DNA of 64,000 nt, from NCBI GenBank assembly GCA_043228905.1, contig JBHGNT010000004.1, forward strand, positions 5,704,001 to 5,768,000, written 5' to 3'. The notes under the pieces were generated by a model, which saw only the letters and a program-made list of their open reading frames with translations, was not told the origin of the DNA and searched no databases. The stretch is from Azolla caroliniana (Eukaryota; Plantae; Polypodiophyta). This document shows positions 36,975 to 49,471 of the stretch, piece after piece. Every line of letters starts with the position of its first letter. Position 1 is the stretch's first letter. Both the position numbers and the translations under genes were made by a program.

Positions 36975-39900
36975 TTATGGACATGCTACTTTCTTTGCCT
37001 TGTAAAGAAGAATATATGCCATGTGCCAGTCACCTGCAGTATCACATATCCAGTATGAACAAACTGCACAAATCATCCTACTTTAAGGATGAAGTAGATA
37101 AAAATAAACATACCCCCCCCTGAAAGCTTGATGATATCCTCCTCTTTCTGAGGGATGGGTTGATGATCATCAAATTGAATCCACTTACCTGCCAATATAA
37201 TGGTTCTACTTAGAACCACATATGCGAAATAGCAGATTATTATTGTGATATAATTTGAATTTAACACTTGCCACTCTCTTGCTTGACCCAAGCAACATAG
37301 TGCCCAGAATCGGCACTGCGACCTTTGTGGGTAAGCACTGCTGCCAAGTCATAGTAGCCAGTCACCTGCAACTGAGCCTCATTGCCTATTCATAAATAGG
37401 GGAATTAAAGATTTTTAGGATTTCAAGCTCAAGAATCTAGCATGTTTCAATTTTAAACATTCTAACATGCTTTCCCACCTAAACTACTTTACATTTTTCA
37501 GTGCTCAACTTGATTTTATGATTTCAATTTTCTACCTGACACTCCACTGCTTGACGAAATAGCAGATCCATCTATAGCAAGATCCTGATTTTACAGCAGA
37601 AAACACATGACAATAATGTCAGCAAATGTCATACGTAAAAGTCAAATCACAAATATTTATGACTTCTGCCATTACGGGTGGCATGAAGATCATATATAAA
37701 GAATCAGCGTTAATGATCTGCATTTCACATAGGACAAAAATATCAACGAAAGTGTATAGAATTGCACATTGAGCAAGGAAGAAGCACCAAGACATTGTTG
37801 TAGCTGCTTTAAATAAATGGTAAGTTGTACCAAGAATGAAAAATATATTCATGTCTTTGATGATCCCAGAATAGCCAATGAGACTGAAGGAGAGATTACA
37901 TCTTAGTATGTTCCTTTGGGAAATATAAAAATATAAGTAGATTTGTAAGTACGGTACCAGATATAACCATTACCTAAGCACTTAACCTATTCCTGATACT
38001 ATAAGCAATGCACAGGAAGAAAACAAAAGAAAAGTCTGAAAATTTTATAAACATCGGGGAGACACAGCAAGAAATGGAAGCAGAATGGATGCCCAGGTAA
38101 AGAAAGAAAAAAATAAAGCTTTATTAACGTTTTCTAAGAAATCAAAACCAAAATTGAGACCTAACAATAAATTACATTTATATGTTGTCTCCCTCTTTAA
38201 GAACAAAAAACCAAAATTATTAGAACTAGTAGAACTGCGTAAGGTACCAGATGGTCTCATTTTGAGCTTAGATGTACTGAAACTTCTGATTTCAAATGGT
38301 CTTCAAAATGGAGCTATCCAAGATGGAGAGATCTCCAAAGCAAGTATAAGCCTGTTCAGGTGCTGGGTGACAATGGCCTTAATTTGTGAATAATGGAGTT
38401 GATAGAGCCATGGTCAAAACGGCCATGGCCTACGTGCACAACAAATTGCTATTGCCTGATCTAACATAACCCTTTTTTTGTATTTGGTTTGATTGTGATT
38501 GCTATAGCAAACTCAGATTCAGCACAAATCTCATTTTTGGGTAGCATTTAAGGGAATTGGCCCAAAATTTTGGTGCCTAAATCAATAATCATATTGGTAC
38601 CTAAGCTGAAGCTTCCACTTTATACAGCTTCTCCCAGGATCGACAATATCTGTAGACTTTATGTAGAAGGTACAAATATTTCTTTTTTGGCCCCTTGTGA
38701 AATCTCTGTTTCTTCAAACAGTTCTATATGGATATGTAAGGCCATCTCTAGAAATGCTGTGGCCAAAGACCCTACTTGTGAAGGATGGCAACTCTACTGA
38801 ACATTGCCTTGAACTATGATACAATCAAGAAAGCTTGATGCAGAAACTTGAATTGACTGAAAGACTGTAACGTGGGAGACAATATGTAAGGCCATCTCTA
38901 GAAATGCTGTGGCCAAAGACCCTACTTGTGAAGGATGGCAACTCTACTGAACATTGCCTTGAACTATGATACAATCAAGAAAGCTTGATGCAGAAACTTG
39001 AATTGACCAAAAGACTGTAACGTGGGAGACATGGCATATAGGGCTCGTATAAGAATTGAAGTGAAATTCCCACAACTGGTTAGGAGGTGAATCGTATTAT
39101 TTCAAATGACTTCTGTAAGTTTAGCAGCAAAATTGCATGACTTTACCTTGGTATCTTGCATATTTGTATCATTAGCATTTTTTGTAAGACCTGCTTTAGC
39201 ATCATCCTCTGCTCTAAGGACCTGCCAGGATAAAAGCAAAAGTTGCCACTGATGTATACTGAAGATTTAAAAGAATTTCCACTGAAAAGAGAAAACTCAG
39301 GAAAAAAGGTTCACCAACCCGGCGCGGCTCTTTCAGATTTTGTTGGAGCTCCTCCGAACATAAATCAAACACATCCAGCAGTAGTGGATAGTCCACTTTC
39401 TGTAGCACAGAGAGAGAAATGTACAGGGATTGTGGTGACTTCAAAATATTCTTCCATAAATTTATTTCCTTAAACCATTACCCTCAAAATCTTAGCCTTC
39501 TGATTAGATTCCCGCTTCCAGAAGAACCTTACAAACTGAATAGTCAAGTATCTGTAAGGAAAAGCTGTTCAATTACCTTATAGTATCTTAAAGAAACTTG
39601 GTACTAATACTGTACAATTTAATAATAACTTTTTTCCTTACGATGGTAAAGCATTTATTTTTGATTGCTTGGTATAAACAGAACTCCTGCCCAATGTTGG
39701 AGATACCTTTTCCAGCTCTGATTTCATAGCCTATCCACAAACATTGTCATTTCATTCATATTCTTAAAAATGATATTGTCAACTGGCCACAGAGTTTCAG
39801 TATTATGATTATATTCAAAAGTTGGCTTACTAATTTTAACCCATCAAGCAAAAAATTCACATCCTGTGATATGTGGCACTTGAGGGAATAAACTTTCTCT

Positions 39901-42900
39901 GTCTCTGTTGACTCTTCTCCACTTTCCGTACAATATGTCCTGCAAAGAGATATTGAATACAAATGACTGTGATGGCAGAATAAACTGAAGAATAATTACA
40001 TTAAGAAAGTCAAACGGCTAAACTTAAAACAAAATGTATAGTCCCTTCACTGAACCCGAGCTAGGTGAAAAAAGTAAACCATAAAAGATCTAAACCCTCT
40101 TTATAACAACTTGAAATATGACATATTAAACTACCCTTGAAAAGAAATAAAACAGTATTCCCAATACTTGAAGAACTCAGTTCAAGCACATTCACTCATT
40201 CCTCCAATTTTGAACTACACGGCCTTCTTTCACAATTATCAACAGCTTAATGTAAACAAAGGTGAAGTTTGATAGCATCATCCTTCATATTCAAATAATA
40301 ACCATTAGCTTCATGAAGAAAATCTTAAAGCCAAGTGAACTTTGAGATCAACATACATACGTATGTCATTTTATTCTGCATTTGAAGTTATGAAATAGAC
40401 ACGACAATTTTTTGATGTCCTTATATCAAGCTTGAGACCAAATTTTCAATATTGGCATCTCATCTACAGGGATAGATGGATTGACATCATATGCAGTGTT
40501 AAAAAAAATTCCCACATAATTTCAAGAATAACAATACCTGCTTGATAGCTCTATGTTGAATAAGTCCTTAACAATCGATGTGGATATCCTGGGGAAGCAA
40601 AAACTTATTTAGACATCAAAAATACATAAGCATAACAAGAGTAAAACAGATCATTCCAAGTGAGAATATATTTTGGAATGGAATGCTATACAGATAGGAC
40701 AAAGTAGTCTCTAATCATCATTGCAAACAAAGACACAGCTTTTGTCTTTTTCCTCACTATTTCCATTTCTTATCACTCTATAGGGGTCTAGAACCCCAAC
40801 TTTTACTGCATGTACCCACATTATTGCTTTCATCATTATTGTTGAGTATATATTATCCAAGACATCTAGACCAAACCAGTCAAAGTGATCAAAATCAATA
40901 GGACTTTCCACTGGGTAGTCAAGAAAGACAGGAAAATTAAAAAAGAATGCGGGCAGAAATTTCCTGTTTAATTGACGCAGCATATCTTTTGAAAACTTTG
41001 CCACATGGAACCGACATTTCTCGTTTACAGCAAGTGTTAGACACTATCACTTCCAGGTGCTGGAAATGGTATCTTTATGAGTCTATACAAGTGACCAAGA
41101 TATTTTGATGTAGCATCTTCACATCTCTTATAGAGGACAAGGTTCACTAGCTGCTGGCTTCAGTTCACCTACTTCTGCTACATGCAGGTTCCACTTAATT
41201 GGCTATTTCCCAAACAATTCACCTTATGAGTTTTGAAAATGACGTTCAGATTGGACTAGCAGGAAAACATAGGTTGTGCAAAGGATTATGCACTGTGAGA
41301 GTGGCAATAGAGTCCCCATATTATGAGAGTGTCAAAATGACGAAAAGGAACTAGATACAATATCACATGTGTGACTTGTATTGTTGTCATAGTTGGTGGT
41401 CCTCAGTGCCAACAAAATGACATGTTATTAGGGGAGAATTTGGTTCATACTTTTACACCTTAGGTCAGCAGTTTCCCTTTTCAAGTAGAACCCTCACTCG
41501 CCACCATCTCTCATACAAGAAACTTCTTTATTACTTGGTAGTCAAATATTTTAAGAGTTAAACTTTGAGCCACCATAACAAATAATAAATCACAAGCAAA
41601 TTTGTTTGAATAATGCAAGCATCATAGTACCTTCCATCTTCTGTTGGTTGCAGGCGCTGAGACAAAGTATACAATAACTGTGTCCAACATTCTTCTGCGT
41701 CCTGTGTGTCAATTACATTCAGTATGGGGATACCAATGATCTTCCAATAGAGAAAGAGGGCTGAAATCTTTACCTGTTGCATGTACATGCCAGTATTTGT
41801 CTGCTGAGCAAACTGAGGGTATTTTCCTCTCAATACCTGTCTAAACCAGATGGATAAGACCTTACCTCAGTAAGCACCCTAGAGCTTGGGATATACTCAA
41901 GTCATCAATAAACATAAATTCAGAATTTAAGCACACAAGGATTGAAAGAGACCGTCCAGAATCGAACAGGGGTAACTGCACGATGACTTGTATCCAATTC
42001 ATTGAATAATTCACGGGTTGCTAGGGTTAATAGATGTGATGAAGTGTCAAGCTCATTTGCTCCACCACCAGAATACCTTAGGCCACCAAAAAACAAATTG
42101 AGAACAAAGCATACCATTTAGCTATAAATGAAATTAAAATTTTCCATTAATCTTCCATATTCACACAAAAAAGTGCTTGAAATATACAAAATACACTAAA
42201 ATCAATGTAAGACCTCAGACAGAAATGAACTATTGACCTTTCGTTGTTTATTCATGTTTACTTGAGTCTTACATGCACAATGTTCAGGCCAACCATACAT
42301 ACAACTGTGTCTACAACCACTTCACCACAAACAGGTAGTAATGGTATCCTTTCTTTTCGTTTTCCATTCTTCCTTCCATAAGGGGACATACATTATGTAG
42401 GCGTTATGTCTTGCCTTCTTAAAATTTCTGAATTTCTAGTGAAGACATCAAAGAGTGCTTTACAAAACAAAAGCAAGGAGTACGATTAGGTTTTTCCAAA
42501 GAAATGGTATCTTTTCATTTCGTTTTCCTATTCCTCCTTCCATAAGGGGACATGAAATGTACAGGCATTAGATCTTGCTAAATTTCTGATTTTCTAGTAG
42601 AGACATCAAAGAGTGAGTCATAAATCAAAAGCAAGCAGTACATGATCAGCTTTAAAATGGACTAATTTTGCTAGTACTAACGGTATTATAATCTATTACA
42701 TTTTGAAGATGTTGCATCTACACCACCAGAATAGCTTATAATACACTTCACTGTTCAACAGTAACCAGCCGCAATAATAACATAAATATACGGATCCATC
42801 ACCACACAAAAAACTGCAATAGAAAGTCTTTACAATATTGCTTACTTTGTTAATGCATTCTTGAGTTCTGGAACTGAATGTAAGCATTGCACAGTAGAAT

Positions 42901-45900
42901 TCATGTAGCATGTATTTCCCAAATTCATTAATCCTGCTGTGTGTCCCTGTAGCAATGAATCCAGCTTGGTTAAGAGACCAAATTCCCCACATCATAAAAC
43001 AATGACACTGTTCTTGAATAGTTGACTAAAATCATACCTTGTAGAATACACATGAGAAGCTTAACAAAAAACATTTGGCTTACAAAAAATGCAAATTGTT
43101 CAAATTATTGTAAATTGTAAGCTTGAGATCAAAGGGTGGATAGTAAGGAACCTGTTTGGCCAATTGCTAAACACAGATAACACATGCATATCCAGGATTC
43201 TCCAAATTCACTATGTTTAATGTTAGAAGCAACAGTCAGCAGAGATAGAACTTAAACATTGTTAAATAAGCATAACCAGGAGCACACTGCCATCTTGAAA
43301 TAATCATGAGAAGCGGCAACTAAAAGATTCTAGAAGGGTTTTTCTGATTTTAGAAGCAGAACAAAAATTAAATCAAGTATTTCCCTTAGCCGGGCCCAAA
43401 TGGCAAAAACAAGTGTATCAGTAAAATCTATGAGATAAAGCATGAACCCAATCTATAGCAATCAAACATTAAGATATTAATAAAAAACGTGGTCATCACA
43501 TACAAACATTAGCAACAAAACAAATGAAAAAAAAGAGAAATGACAAAGATAATAATCATAGCAAGATAACATGCATAATACAGCTCCTGGACTACAGACA
43601 GCATAGCATCAACATCCTTAGAAGAAGAACTGATATACAATAAACTCAATACAGAATTATTTCCGATAATCAAACAAATATTAAAATTGAGCTGCATCTA
43701 AAATATATGATATTTCATTGAACCATTCAACATTTTTTTTTCGAATAGATAGCTTAATCTTTTGCAATTTTTCTTTCAGCTAATTAGCAAGTTTAATAGT
43801 GAATACAATAATTCCACTTGTGAGGGCGCCTTTCAGGGAATAAAGAAAGAATGGAATAGATCCAGACCAGAGCAGCATGTTCTTGATCCTCTTCTGGAAG
43901 ATCCTCCACAAATACAGGTCCCTTTTGTGGTGCTTGAGGGATCTCCTCTGCACTACCCATCATCATTAACCTTTGACCCTATAAAGAATAAACTAATAAG
44001 CAACAACATAACTATTTTCAGTGAAAAATGAAATTTCCAAACACAACACAATGTTACCTCTTTAATACCTAGCTTGCTCCAGTCTCCATCATCCTACAAT
44101 ATATAGTATAATAGCACACGTTAATGAAAGCACTATTTCAATAAGTAGATGAGTATTGTCGCCCGTGACACAGAGATAAAAAACCATTAATGGGATACCT
44201 GATACATATGCATGTATATTTAGACAGATAGATAGTTAAGACTTGGATATTCTGGGCTTACAAATTAAGTGCGAGCATGTGAGCGAGTTGATAAGTGACT
44301 GAGATTAGTCTATTACGTGTGTTTGTAGACATAGATTACATATACACTCTAGGGCACCTAAACTTCTTGAGCATAACCTCATTCACCTCTCAGAAAATCA
44401 AGGGAATAGAATTATGAGACGGAACTTAGATCAGCTCTATACTTTAAGAGAATTCAAACACAAGCAAGCGCTCATTCCACTCATAAATTGGCATTCTAGA
44501 ATGACTGGTTCACAAGCACCTCTGAGGATGCATTTATAGAGCGATTGAGATACGTATATGTGTAGATGCTTAATAATGTTCAACTGGCAATTGGGTAGCT
44601 TCAAGTATCCTTCCAACAGCTAAACATAGAGAAGGAGCAGGAAAAGAGGCAGCACATACTCCCATGAACAGAGAACATGCAGACACTACATAGAGGAGGT
44701 AGAAAAACTACGAAGAAGCGCTTCTACAAATGTAGAGCCTATAGAGAGAGAATGATACACTATTCAGTGAGTGTGCCACGCATAGATAGATCCAACACGC
44801 CATGGAGTTATTGTGACACCAGAGAAACTTCTTTTGGAGCATCTGACACTTTGATATCCCTAGAATTTTCATCCTCAAGATCCACACAGAGAGTAGGGAA
44901 CCAGATGTGATTATCAACTTGTTTTTGAGGACCATATCACCTATATCATGACTGAGTACTACAGTTAAACCTATGATAACAACAAATCACATGGATCCAG
45001 AGCGCCAGGCCTGCAAGAAAATATCTATCTGGAAGATATTCACCCACACAGAGCCTGCCTCAGTATCTCTATGACAATGATTATTTGCCCCTCTCCCCAA
45101 CGCACAACAGCAAGAGCCCCATGGATGCTATCCATGCCTATTTTCCATACATATTATCTGTCTTTCCATTTTCTAAGACGGCCAAATGTATATTATCTGT
45201 CTTTCCATTTTCTAAGACGGCCATGTGTGATTATCAACTTGTTTTTGAGGACCATATCACCTATATCATGACTGAGTACTGCAGTTAAACCTATGATAAC
45301 AACAAATCACATGGATCCAGAGCTCCAGGCCTGCAAGAAAATATCTATCTGGAAGATATTCACCCACACAGAGCCTGCCTCAGTATCTCTATGACAATGA
45401 TTATTTGCCCCTCTTCCCAACGCACAACAGCAAGAGCCCCATGGATGCTATCCATGCCTATTTTCCATACATATTATCTGTCTTTCCATTTCCTAAGACG
45501 GCCAAATGTATATCTTTCTATGTCTCTAGTCTCGTTGCCTTAAAATACTGCACTTCCTCAAAAGAATGGGTTTGGTAGGACAAGATAAATGTCATGCAAC
45601 ATGGGAGTAAATGAGGGGTCATGCTCATATGCATGGACAGGAAAGCTTGAGGAGGTGCAGGAAAAGTACAAAATAACTTCAAGAAGGAGTTCACACATGG
45701 AGTAAAAACACTGTGCTTGACTTACTTTCCCTGCAGATCGCATTTTGTAAAAATTATAAATTGATACTTGTCCTTGTCCATTCCTAGCAAAATATTGGGT
45801 TTTCAAAGTTCTTTGGGATAAATTTACAGCTCAGGAATTTGTTGATTTGAAATAAGGATTAAAATGTTCTCATAAAAGGATAGATATACTGGTTAGACTG

Positions 45901-46474
45901 AATAAAACAAACTAGAAATGTTCTAAATCTATGGTAAATTTGTTTTTTTCTTTCCTACTGATCCATTCACTGCTAATAAAACAGAGAAAGAATATGCTCT
46001 GAAATCTAGATACAATTTTCCTTGGAAATATTTATTTTTCTACTCATAAAACCATAACTTCTTGACCGAAGAGAAAGCTTTTTTTTTTTTTTTTTTTTGG
46101 GGGGGGGTGTTCTTTCGAAATTCACTTGTTCAGGAAGAAACCATAGAGAAGAATGCATAAGAAGAAGAAGAAGCACCTTAAGAAGGCCGCCTTTCACCAT
46201 GATTTTCTGTCTTTCTGGAGGGACCCCTGTCAGATCGAAGAGCTGGCATTTGAAGACGTAAGGAGGCTGCGTTGTGTCTATCTCAACATCCGAAAATAAT
46301 TCCTTCTGCCATTTGATGCTAACTATAGATTTTGTTTTTTTTTGTTGTTTTGTTGTTTTTTGAAACCATCATCCAAAGGTTCACAGGATCGACTCAGAAA
46401 ACGTTCTAAGAGGAATCAAACAGAAACAGAAACAGAAACAAAAAGAAGAAGATCAGAAGCATACCTTTCAACAT
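36975..46474 (-). CDS. UBP6: Proteasome-associated ubiquitin C-terminal hydrolase UBP6/UBP7 (USP14 orthologue), 477 aa
   Basis: 18 exons: 46474-46465, 46322-46177, 44093-44058, 43978-43868, 42946-42846, 42076-41953, 41836-41774, 41701-41631, 40588-40538, 39939-39831, 39730-39642, 39551-39482, 39399-39319, 39221-39147, 37584-37536, 37385-37272, 37188-37114, 37033-36975 (1434 nt). UBL domain ([15 protein letters not shown]), Cys box [21 protein letters not shown], His box [26 protein letters not shown]. Confidence 0.96.
38732..39030. repeat. 150-bp tandem duplication in a UBP6 intron
   Basis: 38732-38880 and 38882-39030 are identical except for about 2 substitutions. Confidence 0.95.
44907..45512. 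repeat. 320-bp-period tandem duplication with an extra 40-bp copy in UBP6 intron 2
   Basis: Units start GTGATTATCAACTTG at ~44907 and ~45227; TATTATCTGTCTTTCCATTTTCTAAGACGGCC occurs three times (the third with one mismatch). Confidence 0.93.
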
Positions 46475-49471
46475 TTCTGAAGAGGAGGAGGAATGGCTTC
46501 TGCGTCCGCAGGTGCTCCTTCGAGAACAATGAATGAGAAGGGAGGAAGGAAGTGCAGCCCAAAAGTGGGAAGGAAAGCTACCTAAATATAGGCCTATAGT
46601 TTTCCGAATTTACAAAAGTGGCCTTCTCCATTCTTTTCAAAGGAATTGAAGAACTCCTGCTATTTACTACCCCCCAAGAGCATAGGTTAATAATAATAAC
46701 TACTACATACATGCATGCATACATGCCCCTTAGAGGCCAGTGGCTACTTCCCTGAAAGTTTAACGTAGTAACATGGCCGACAACACTTATATTTCATTCA
46801 AGCCACCTTACCCGATCGATCCCTTCTACCTGGTTTGCATCCTTTCGGCTCCTAATACGATCCCAGTATTCGTCCTTGAGAGCATGAACTAAACAAGTCA
46901 CTCGTGGAAAATATGGTCGTGATCCAAATTATGCCCTCCCTCTTAATCTAAAGTGGGATCACATCAGTTCGTTACTCATGATGCTTCCCTAAATTTGCAC
47001 TCGATCCATATCACACATTTACTGATGAAATATCGTCGCTTTTTGTGACGCATCTATGTGTCCTTGGATGGATTAGACACAATTGCCAACAATTGATAAG
47101 AGTGTTTGTATGGGCCACGGCTTGTGTACCTTGTGTCTTGATATTTGTGGACTCTATGATCATATCGACATTCATCAAGGTGACTCCTCTGCACCTTTTG
47201 TCATGGATATCCAAGTCTCTATGGACGAAGCCCATGATGTGTACGTGCCAGGTGCGTGAATATAAGTTTTGATTCCCTATGCCTTTAAACGTCAAGCAAG
47301 CATGGAGCAAAGTGATGCAACTCAGCCCAGTCCTTCACATATAGTGCATCAACCATAAGAATGTTAAGTGCTCATTGTGATTTGATGGTGGGAGAAAACT
47401 TGAGTTTTCTTATTGCCTTGCACCGCATAGACATGCAAAACATCCATGTACATTGGTCTCCAGATAAATTAATTGTAGCATGACATCATTGTAGGAAGAG
47501 GTTCTATTGGCTTGATCAAAGTCTCTTTGGTATAGTTTTCCCATAAATAGTGCCGCATACATTGCAACTTTCATCGAGTTGGTGAATTGTGGTATATGGT
47601 ATAAACAAAACATAGAATATAGTGAAATAGCTTATTTGAAAATCTATTTTGCGTGGAACTAGACAACAACTTTGTTGACTAGACGTATTTAGGAAAATCA
47701 ATTATCATGTATTGCTTTGGGATTTCAAAAATGCCCCCTCCTCATCTTTTGCAATATACTATTTGTCCCTCTAAAAACAAGGAACATGAGCATGGTTCAA
47801 TTTGAGTGCCTAACTGGAAATCCAAGCTACTTGGCATGCAATCATTGGACATGAAAAAACGTAGAAAGAGAGTTGCTTTGTGAGATGAATTGTGGATCAT
47901 TGTTGAACTTTTTTTATTAGTAAAAAAAATATTGTCTGTTGTTTTTGTTCATGAAACTGTTAGCCCCCATTTCAACCATCTACCTCCATTATAGTTGTCA
48001 TAGTCAATGGTTCAATCATGCACTCATCTTCATTTAATTTATATTGTGCCAAGTACGTAAGATACTCCTTGGAATCTTACGTAAGCCCTATAACAATGTC
48101 TTTTTGTAAGAGCTAATCAAATTATGTAGCAAACACTAGAACAATGTAGGTTAATGATGTCAAGAAGATTCCAATGTTCTTTTCATATTATATTGTGGTG
48201 TGCATGTGTTCCTTTGTGCCACCCTTTTAGCTCACCCTTTTTAGGATGCACGTACCCAAGTTGACCCGCCCTTTTAGCACACCCTTTTTAGGATGCGTGT
48301 GCCCAAAATGACCCACCCTTTTTACCCAAGCCAACCCAAATGGGTTCCGTTGTATCAACTATAAATTGATTAAGAAGTAAGAAGCTAAGTAGATTGGTTT
48401 TGATCTCTTATGTGCATTTCACAATATATTTCTTAAAAGACATCAACACAAATGCTTTCTCTCTTAAGCCTATTACTCCATGGGATCAAGATTAAATCAA
48501 GAGATAAAACATAGGTAAAAAACGTATAGTGTCAACATCATCACCAATTGTCTTCTATGAGTTTGTGTGAGGAACAGATAAGAGAATGGAGACATATGAT
48601 CAAGGTCATGGAACTTGCAAAGAGCGGAAGAAGTTAGAATTAGAATGAGGTGATTGTAGGCCCTTGTAGCCCTACATTCATTCTTACTTCCCCCTCAACC
48701 ATCACTCATTCTCCCATTTCTCAACGGGGAGACTATCATGAACCTTGTGCTACTTTCAAGCTGATCACGGAATCATGTATTGTAATCCCTAGTAGAGTTT
48801 GATCGTCACTCGTTCTTCCTTACCGAAACTTGCAAATATAATGTTGGTTCTAGTACAACTTCTCGGAGTTTGTAGAGGGAGTTACCTACCCATTGTAAGA
48901 TTGTCTCCTACATCTACAACCCATTAATTAATTATAATTATTGCATTCCTCATTGGTTTGTACAGGATATAACGCTTCACCAAAATACAGAAAAACATTG
49001 ATGGATGAGCATCCTACGTGCCAAAGCAAAACAATTCAAGTATATAATCCATTTTCAATTTCGGTCTTAGATAATGGGGAGGAAAGGGTAACAAATCCAG
49101 TGTTAACATCTATTAGATGAACACTTTTTTGCAGGTCAATATACATGGCATTAAAAAAACAAGTCTTTGGTTAGACAGCTGACTGATTATATGTAATCCT
49201 AACCGTATGGTATAAAAACAAAAAGTCTTGAATATTATGCTGCCCACCTCTACAAATCATATAAGAAAAAACATTGGCAAAAAATGTAGCACATTCCATT
49301 ATCCACAATGGATGAAACTAGGATCAGCTTTAGTCTTCAAATAACCATTTGCTAAAACATTGGTAATGGATAAAACAGAGATGTCGCCTGTTTTGTCTTA
49401 AAAGAACTATTCACTATCTCAAACCACAACTAATCATGTATTTCCACAATTCACGGCACATTAGACTATAT

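Noticed and set aside
40711-41004. 97-aa intronic ORF in UBP6
   Set aside because: No recognisable motif and not needed for the UBP6 reading frame.
48390-48918. LTR-like relics (also ~53358-53630)
   Set aside because: Composition suggests LTRs, but termini and TSDs do not resolve.
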